Positions 49,001 through 57,383 of a stretch of 57,383 bases of DNA are shown piece after piece. The notes under the pieces are model-generated. The model saw only the letters and a list, made by a program, of their open reading frames with translations. It had not been told where the DNA came from and searched no databases. Origin of the DNA: Isurus oxyrinchus (Eukaryota); assembly GCA_026770705.1 (NCBI GenBank), contig JANJGN010000150.1, positions 1,178,001 through 1,235,383 of the forward strand. Direction: 5' to 3'. Each line of letters starts with the position of its first letter. The first letter of the stretch is position 1. A program made the translations under genes and the position numbers.

Positions 49001-50090
49001 GCTATCCCACCATCGAGCTATCCCACCATCGAACTATCCCACCATCGAACTATCCCACCATCGAGCTATCCCACCATCGAGCTATCCCACCATCGAGCTA
49101 TCCCACCATCGAACTATCCCACCATCGAACTATCCCACCATCGAGCGCTCCCACCATCGAGCTATCCCATCGAACTATCCCACCACCGAGCTCTCCCACC
49201 ACCGAGCTCTCCCACCATCGAGCTCTCCCACCATCGAACTATCCCACCATCGAGCCCTCCCACCATCGAGCTATCCCACCATCGAACTATCCCACCATCG
49301 AGCTCTCCCACCATCGAGCTATCCCACCATCGAGCTATCACACCATCGAGCTCTCCCACCATCGAGCTATCCCACCATCGAACTATCCCACCATCGAACT
49401 ATCCCACCATCGAGCTCTCCCACCATCGAGCTCTCCCACCATCGAGCTCTTTCACCATCGAACTATCCCATCGAACTATCCCACCATCGAGCTCTCCCAC
49501 CATCGAACTATCCCACCATCGAACTATCCCACCATCGAGCTCTCCCACCATCGAGCTATCCCATCATCGAACTATCCCACCATCGAGCTCTCCCACCATC
49601 GAGCTCTCCCACCATCGAGCTCTTTCACCATCGAACTATCCCATCGAACTATCCCACCATCGAGCTCTCCCACCATCGAACTCTCCCACCATCGAACTCT
49701 CCCACCATCGAACTATCCCACCATCGAACTATCCCACCATCGAACTATCCCACCATCGAACTATCCCACCATCGAGCTCTCCCACCATCGAACTATCCCA
49801 CCATCGAACTATCCCACCATCGAGCTCTCCCACCATCGAGCTCTCCCACCATCGAGCTATCCCACCATCGAGCTATCCCACCATCGAACTATCCCACCAT
49901 CGAGCTATCCCACCATCGAACTATCCCACCATCGAACTATCCCACCATCGAACTATCCCACCATCGAGCTCTCCCACCATCGAGCTCTCCCACCGTCGAG
50001 CTATCCCACCGTCGAGCTCTCCCACCATCGAGCTATCCCACCATCGAGCTATCCCACCATCGAGCTATCCCACCATCGAGCTATCCCACC
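46087..50090. repeat. 16-bp minisatellite (CCCACCATCGAGCTAT and variants), about 4 kb, about 250 copies
   Basis: Tandem repeat; source of the 1049-aa and 1354-aa ORFs. Confidence 0.97.
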
Positions 50091-50149
50091 AGCGCTACAT
50101 CAGGTCTGTAACATTAGCGGGCGGCGTTGCTGTTGGGAGATTGACATCG

Positions 50150-51100
50150 AGGCTACGCTGCATAAAGAGGCCATTCAGCCCCACTGCTCCGTGCCAGTGT
50201 TTCTGCTCCACACGAGCCTCCTCCCACCCCTCCACCTCTCCATCTCACCCCATCCTTCTATTCCTTTATCCCTCGTGTGTTTATCCAGATTCCCCATCAA
50301 CACTATTCACCTCCACCACTCCCTGTGGGAGCGAGTTCCACATTCTCCCCCCACTCTCTGGGTAAAGAAGTTTCTCCTGAATTTCCCCATTGGATTTATT
50401 AGCGACGATCATATATCGATAGTCCTCCTAGTTCTGGTCTCTGCCCCTCACAAGTGGAAACATCGTCTCTATGTCTACCCTATCGAAACCCTTTCAACAT
50501 TTGAAGACCTCTGTCAGGGTGAAAGAGCGGGGGGGGGAGGGGGGGGGGGGAGAGTGGACTCGGGACTAATTGGGTAGATCTTTCAAAGCTCCAGCGTAAG
50601 CACGATGGGCTGAATGGCCTCTGATCCAAGCCCCAGGAGAACGCTTCTGTCTGTGAAACACAAGAGACTTGGAAGCTCAAAGGGGGCAAATATTTGATTA
50701 TTGGAAACATATGAATATCAGTCAAGGTGAGCGTAAATGTTTGGTTATTATTCATAATGGTCGTCCCTTACCGGCATTTCCCGGACAGGCTAGAACTAGG
50801 GGGACACAGTTTAAAAATGAGGGGTCTTCCACTTAAGACGGAGATGAGGAAAGATTCTCTTCTCTCAGAGGGTCATTAGGTTCTGGAATTCTCATCCCCA
50901 GAGAGCAGGGGAGACTGGGTCACTGAATATGTTCCAGGCTGAGTTAGACAGATTTTTGACAGAAAAGGGAGTCAAGGGTTATTTGGGGGGGGGGGGTGTG
51001 GACAGGAAAGTGGAGATGAAGCCACATCAGATCAGCCACGATCTTATCCGAATGGCGGTGCAGGCTCGTGGGGCCGAATGGCCCACTCCTGGCCCTCCTT
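50150..51100. mobile_element. CR1 3' fragments (minus ~50150-50520, plus ~50790-51100)
   Basis: 50190-50400 is near-identical to 27150-27385; CR1 end caggctcgtggggccgaatggcc at 51061. Confidence 0.75.
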
Positions 51101-52069
51101 CGTACACATCCACGAGGATGGTTTCTTGGTTTTGTTAGTTGACCCCCCACCCCCCCACCCACCCCCGCCCCCTCAGCTCCAAGGTGGATGTGTGAACGGT
51201 TAAAATTTTTCACTCCCAAACACGGGCAGAGAGAATCCCGCTCCGCCCGTGCGTGCGTGACCAGGTGTTACGTTCGATCGATCCGTCAGACGTTGAGACG
51301 TACTTCACGCCGGGGGTTCAGCACCCGGGGTGGAAAATGGACCCTTTGACTCGGTTGGGGTTGGCGGGCGGCAATAAGGGGCTCAGCCTGACTTCAGGAT
51401 TACCGCAGGTGCGCGTGATCCTTGGTGAGCAGCAAACTTGGCTTCTCGCTGACGGAAGATCGGCGTGCGCCTTGTAATTGGATGCGTTTCATTGCCGGAA
51501 AATTGCGGGAAATCACCTATCGATGTTTGTTTTCCACGCCCCCCCCCCACCTCCATCGCTCTTATCCGTCACGTGGAAAGTGTTTGTTCGAATCCCGTTC
51601 CGCAGGGACGTTCTGCTGCTCTTCTTCACTGGCGAGTCCTCGTTGGGCCTTCTGAATTAACTGGGCTTGTGAAGCCCAGGTCTCTGAGCCACAGCAGGGG
51701 GAGCTGTGGGTGTGGATGAGAGAACAGTTCCACCTCCGGAGTTGGTTAGAGGGTGCGATAAGTTATTAAGCCGATGGTGCGTGCAGGGTACCGACAGCCA
51801 ATGCCTTGAAAGGAAGGGGAAGTCGTTGAAATACGAGCTGAGGGTTGCACTCAGCAGCAGGAAAACCAGAAAGGGGAAGGGTACATGGCGCTCTTCGCTG
51901 AGTTCAACGGTAAGCTGTCTCAGGACGTGGACAGTCCTGGAGGTGCCAGCTTCAGGGTTTATCGTCACATCCACGCACAGCTTTAAGACACAGTGCTTTC
52001 CATGAGCTATTCTGTCTGGCGGGCGTGTACAGTTCATGTTCTGTCGGGAATGACGGGCGCGAGGCCGTG

Positions 52070-53990
52070 CAATGGTGGGTAGGGCTCCCACTTGCGAGTC
52101 AGTGGGGCATGGGTCTGAGCCCCACTCCTGCAGACTGACAGCGAAGTTTTGGGCAGACGTTCCAGTGCAGATAGCGAGGGGGTGCTGCGCCGTCGGAGGG
52201 TCAGTACTGAGGGAGTGCTGCACCGTCGGAGGGTCAGTACTGAGGGAGCGCTGCACCGTCGGAGGGTCAGTACTGAGGGAGTGCTGCACCGTCGGAGGGT
52301 CAGTACTGAGGGAGTGCTGCACCGTCGGAGGGTCAGTACTGAGGGAGTGCTGCACCGTCGGAGGGTCAGTACTGAGGGAGTGCTGCACCGTCGGAGGGTC
52401 AGTACTGAGGGAGTGCTGCACTGTCAGAGGGTCAGTACTGAGGGAGCGCTGCACTGTCAGGGGGTCAGTACTGAGGGAGTGCTGCACCGTCAGGGGGTCA
52501 GTACTGAGGGAGTGCTGCACCGTCGGAGGGTCAGTACTGAGGGAGTGCTGCACCGTCGGAGGGTCAGTACTGAGGGAGCGCTGCACCGTTGGAGGGTCAG
52601 TACTGAGGGAGTGCTGCACCGTCGGAGGGTCAGTACTGAGGGAGTGCTGCGCCGTCGGAGGGTCAGTACTGAGGGAGTGCTGCGCCGTCGGAGGGTCAGT
52701 ACTGAGGGAGCGCGCTGCACCGTCGGAGGGTCAGTACTGAGGGAGCGCTGCACCGTCGGAGGGTCAGTACTGAGGGAGCGCTGCACCGTCGGAGGGTCAG
52801 TACTGAGGGAGTGCTGCACCGTTGGAGGGTCAGCACTGAGCGAGTGCTGCACCGTCGGAGGTCAGTACTGAGGGAGTGCTGCACCGTCGGAGGGTCAGTA
52901 CTGAGGGAGTGCTGCACCGTCGGAGGGTCAGTATTGAGGGAGTGCTGCACCGTCGGAGGGTCAGTGCTGAGGGGGTGCTGCACCGTCGGAGGGTCAGTGC
53001 TGAGGGGGTGCTGCACCGTCAGAGGGTCAGTACTGAGGAGGTGCTGCACTGTCGGAGGGTCAGTACTGAGGGAGTGCTGCGCTGTCGGAGGGTCAGTACT
53101 GAGGGAGTGCTGCACTGTCGGAGGGTCAGTACTGAGAGAGTGCTGCACTGTCGGAGGGTCAGTACTGAGAGAGTGCTGCACTGTCGGAGGATCAGTACTA
53201 AGGGGGTGCTGCACTGTCGGAGGATCAGTACTAAGGGGGTGCTGCACTGTCAGAGGGTCAGTACTGAGGGAATGCTGCACTGTCAGAGGATGAGTACTGA
53301 GGGAGTGCTGCACTTTCAGAAGATCAATACGGAAGAAGCGCTGCACTGTCAGAGGGTCAGCACTGAGGGAGTGCTGTACTGTCAGAGAGTCAGTAACAAG
53401 GGAGTGTTTCGCTGTCATCGTGTCAGTACTGAGGGAATGCCGCACTGTCGGAGGATCAATACTGATGGAGTGCTGCACTGTCAGAGGGACAGTACTGAGG
53501 GAGTGCTGCACTGTCAGAGGGTCAGCACTGAGGGAGGGCTGCACTGTCAGAGGGTCAGCACTGAGCGAGTGCTGTACTGTCAGAGGGTCAGCACTGAGCG
53601 AGTGCTGCACTGTCAGAGTGTCAGTACTGAAGGAGTGCTGCACTGTCAGAGGGTCAGTAATGAGGTAGCGCATTGCTGTCATCCTGTCAGTACTGAGGGA
53701 GCAGTGCACTGTCGGAGAGTCAATGCTGAGGGGCGCGGCACCCTCAGAGATGTGGTCTTTCTGATGAGCCATTAAGCCGGGGCCTCGTCTGTCCTCTCAG
53801 GCATTACTTGGAAGAAGAGCAGTAGGAAGTTCTCCCCGGTGTCCTGGGGTCAATATTTATCCCCCAGCTAACTTCATTATCACATTGCTGTTTGTGTGAG
53901 CTTGCTGTGCACAAATTGGCTGCTGCGTTTCCTACATTACAACAGAGACCGCACTTCAAAAAAAAGTCTTTCGTTGGCTGTGAAACGCTT
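52070..53990 (+). mobile_element. Near full-length Deu-domain tRNA SINE with an internal 33-bp segment expanded about 47-fold (52176-53735)
   Basis: Degenerate tRNA-like head at 52070-52175, then the array, then the body gaagaagagcag...ttctccccggtgtcctggggtcaatatttatccc...cattgctgtttgtgtgagcttgctgtgcacaaattggctgc. Confidence 0.85.
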
Positions 53991-55540
53991 GAATAAGGGC
54001 AACTATGTGGGCATGAAAGCTGAGCTAGCTGAAGTGAACTGGGATACTAGCATAGGGGTTAGATCAATAGGGAAGCAGTGGCGGACATTTAAGGGAGTAT
54101 TTCAGAATACTCAGAAGATTTCCTCTATAAAGAAACATTTTATAGTGAGGTTCCACTAGGCGTAGTTAACTAAAGAAGTTAAGGAAAGCAGCAAACTTAA
54201 GGAAAGCAGCAAACTTAAGGAAAAAGTATATAACTGCGTAAAGATGAATGGCAGGTCAAATGATTGGTCAGGCCTCATCTGCAGTACTGCATCCAGTTCT
54301 GGGTTTCAATCTTGGGGAAGGATGTGAAGGCTTTGGACAGAGTACAGAGGAGATTCACAAGAATGATTCCAGCGATAAATGTAGCACCTTATCAAATGCT
54401 TTCTGGGAATCCAAGTACAGTACATCGACAGGCTCCCTTTTGTGCACAGCGATAAAGAACTGTAGCTATGAGGATAGATTGGAGATGCTGGGAGTGATTT
54501 CCTTGGGGAAAAGAAGGTTGAGAGGAGACTTGATGGAGGTTTTCAAGATCCTGAGAGGTATGGACAGGGTAAATAGTGAGAAATTGTTCCCACTCAAGAG
54601 AGTGTCAAGAACTAAAGGGCACAGACTCAAAATAATTGGCAAAAGGAGTAAACGTGATGTGAGGAAACATTTTTTCACCCAGAGGGTGGTGTTGGAACCT
54701 GGAACAAACTTCCTGAGAGGGTGGTGTTCAAAAGGGAATTGGGTTGCTCCCTGAAAAGAAAGAATGTGCAAGGTTACGGGGATAAGGCAGGGGAGTGGGA
54801 CTAGGTGGAATGCTCTTTCAGAGAGCCAGTGCAGACTCGATGGGCCGAACGGCCTCCTCCTGCACTGTTAAGGTACTGTGATAGAATATAAAGAACAGCA
54901 GAGAATGACTAAAAGGTTAATCAGGAGAAAGAAGTTGGAGTATGAGAGGAAGCCAGCTAGAAATGTAAACATGGATAGCAAGAGTTTCTACAGGCATTTG
55001 GAAAGGAAAAGGGTAAGCAAAGTGAGTGTTGGTCCTCTAGGGAGTGAGAATGGAGAGTGAATAGTAGATAATGAAGAAATGGCAGATGAAATAAACAAAT
55101 ATTTTGCTTCTATCTGGGCTTGTTTCCACTGGAGTTTAGAAGAGTGAGGGGTGATTTGATTGAAGGATACAAGATCCTGAACGGCCTTGACAAGGTGGAC
55201 GTGGAAAGGATGTTTCCTCTTGTGGGCGAGTCCAGAACTAGGGGGGGCACTGGTTTAAAATTAGGGGGTCATCCTTATAGGGCAGAGACGGGGAGAATTT
55301 TTTTTTTCTCAAGGGGTTGTGCAACTTTGGAACTCTCAGTCCCAGAAGGCGGTGGAGGTGGGGGCCACTGAATATTTTTGAAGGCAGAGGGAGATAGAAT
55401 CTTGCTAGACAAGGGAATCAAAGGTTATCGGGGGTAGTTGAGAATGTGGAACTCGAAACACAAGCAGATCAGCCATGATCTTATTGAAAGGCAGAGCAGG
55501 CTCGAGGGGCCGAATGGCCTATTCTTGCTCCTATGTCGTA
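53990..55540 (+). mobile_element. Patchwork of CR1 ORF2 and 3' fragments
   Basis: VRPHLQYCIQFW, SYEDRLEMLG...RRLRGDLMEVFKI, LEFRRVRGDLIEGYKI; two CR1 3' ends near 54860 and 55530. Confidence 0.85.
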
Positions 55541-55683
55541 TCTTCGTATGTCCTGAGGTGGTGAAAGGCGCTTTGAAATACAACTCTTTTTCCCCTTTTA
55601 TTTTGAATTGACAAATACATTGCAGCCTCTCATTCGAACAGGTCTATTTATGAGGGTGGAGGGAGGGATTCTCTGACAGGTAC

Positions 55684-55831
55684 CTGCTCATCAGAGGCCA
55701 GGGTGGTGAACATGGGGATGATCTCAGATTTCAGGTTGTCCAGTTCGAGGACCTTGGCGAACTCGCCCAGTTTGGAGGCTGCTGCTCGCCGCACCATGGG
55801 GGTGTCGTCCGTACACAGGTTCTTAAAGTTC
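55684..55831 (-). CDS. PPP2R1A: PP2A scaffold subunit A, exon 5 ([49 protein letters not shown]); exons 1-4 lie beyond the window
   Basis: 148 nt, AG at 55833-55832 just before an N gap, CAG|GTACC donor, conserved [14 protein letters not shown]2R1A versus PPP2R1B is not resolved from sequence alone. Confidence 0.95.
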
Positions 55832-55981
55832 CTNNNNNNNNNNNNNNNNNNNNNNNNNNNNNNNNNNNNNNNNNNNNNNNNNNNNNNNNNNNNNNNNNNN
55901 NNNNNNNNNNNNNNNNNNNNNNNNNNNNNNNNNNNNNNNNNNNNNNNNNNNNNNNNNNNNNNNNNNNNNNNNNNNNNNNNN

Positions 55982-57305
55982 GGGGGAGAAGGAAGAGATG
56001 GGGAAGGAGGGGGAGGAAGAGAGGGAGAAGGAGGAAAGATGGAGTAAGCGGAAGGGGTGAGGGAGGAGGGGGTGAGGGAGCAGGGGGAGAGGCAGCAGGG
56101 GGAGAGGGAGCAGGGGGAGAGGGAGCAGGGGGAGAGGGAGCAGGGGGAGAGGGAGCAAGGGACAAGGCGGCAAGGGGAGAGGGAGGAGGGGGAGGGGGAG
56201 AGGGAGGAGGGGGAGGGGGAGAGGGAGGAGGGGGAGGGGGAGGAGGGGGACAGGGAGGAGGGGGACAGGGAGGAGGGGGACGGGGAGAGGGAGCAAGGGG
56301 AGAGGGAGCAAGGGGCANNNNNNNNNNNNNNNNNNNNNNNNNNNNNNNNNNNNNNNNNNNNNNNNNNNNNNNNNNNNNNNNNNNNNNNNNNNNNNNNNNN
56401 NNNNNNNNNNNNNNNNNNNNNNNNNNNNNNNNNNNNNNNNNNNNNNNGGAAGAGGGAGGAGGGGGACAGGGTGAAGGGGGACAGGGAGGGGGGGAGAAGG
56501 AGGAGGGGGAGAGGGAGGAGGGGGAGAGGGAGAGGGGGAGAGGGAGGAGGAGGAGAGGGAGGAGGGGGAGAGGGAGGAGGGGATGAAGGAGGAAAGGGAG
56601 AGGGAGGAGGGGGAGAGGGGAGAGAGGGGGACAGGGAGGAGGGGGACAAGGAGGAGGGGGTGAAGGAGGAAGGGGAGAGGGAGGAGGGGGAGAGGGAGGA
56701 GGGGAGAGGGAGGAGGGGAGAGGGAGGAGGGGAGAGGGAGGAGGGGAGAGGGAGGAGGGGAGAGGGAGGAGGGGACAGGGAGGAGGGGACAGGGAGGAGG
56801 GGACAGGGAGGAGGGGACAGGGAGGAGGGGACAGGGAGGAGGGGGTGAGGGAGGAGGGGGAGAGGGAGGAGGGGGAGAGGGAGGAGGGGAGAGGGAGGAG
56901 GGGAGAGGGAGGAGGGGAGAAGGAGGAGGGGGAGAGGGAGGAGGGGGAGAGGGAGGAGGGGGAGAGGGGAGAGAGGGGGACAAGGAGGAGGGAGTGAAGG
57001 AGGAAGGGGAGAGGGAGGATGGGGAGAGGGAGGATGGGGAGAGGGAGGAGGGGATGAAGGAGGAGGGGGAGAGGGAGGAGGGGGACGGGGAGGAGGGGGT
57101 GAAGGAGGCGGGGATGAAGGAGGAAGGGGAGAGGGAGGAGGGGGAGAGGGAGGAGGGGGTGAAGGAGGAGGGGGAGAGGGAGGAGGGGGACGGGGAGAAG
57201 GGGGAGGGGGAGGAGGGGGACGGGGAGGAGGGGGACGGGGAGAAGGGGACGGGGAGGAGGGGGACGGGGAGGAGGGGGACGGGGAGGAGGGGGACGGGGA
57301 GAGGG
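55982..57305. repeat. Polypurine GGGGAGAGGGAGGA-type tract with N gaps (55834-55981, 56318-56447) next to the exon 5 acceptor
   Basis: About 1.3 kb of almost pure G/A. Confidence 0.9.
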
Positions 57306-57383
57306 ACCCCACATTGGAGGGAGGCAAAGTTTCGGGAGGGAAAGGAAAATCAAGTAAATAAACAGATCAGGTTGAAAACACAC

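Noticed and set aside
45727-50111. 1049-aa and 1354-aa ORFs
   Set aside because: Translations of the stop-free 16-bp array, antisense within a PP2A intron; no domain content.

Overview
Eukaryotic, intron-rich vertebrate DNA. The repeat families (CR1 and L2-type LINEs, Deu-domain tRNA SINEs, Penelope-like elements) point to a cartilaginous fish; this is inference. There are three gene-level units. (1) On +, the probable last coding exon of an upstream immune-receptor gene (2615-2731, ending DLYANC...SVYGNL*), with AATAAA at 3479. (2) On +, a Siglec/MAG-like Ig gene: leader 5217-5256, two near-identical V-set exons (8087-8455, 9251-9619) that both keep the essential Arg, and a C2-set exon from 10322. 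The C2 exon's expected donor is missing, so it reads through to a stop at 10677, and no transmembrane exon was found. (3) On -, tail to tail with gene 2, exons 5-14 of a PP2A scaffold subunit gene (PPP2R1A-like). Exon lengths match the human gene as I recall it, exon 13 has a GC donor, and the C-terminus is non-canonical. The rest is retroelements, two minimal hammerhead-ribozyme motifs in Penelope-type repeats, long purine tracts, seven N gaps and minisatellite arrays. Several arrays are visibly amplified from internal segments of SINEs or LINEs. Nearly all long ORFs in the supplied track are repeat artefacts.
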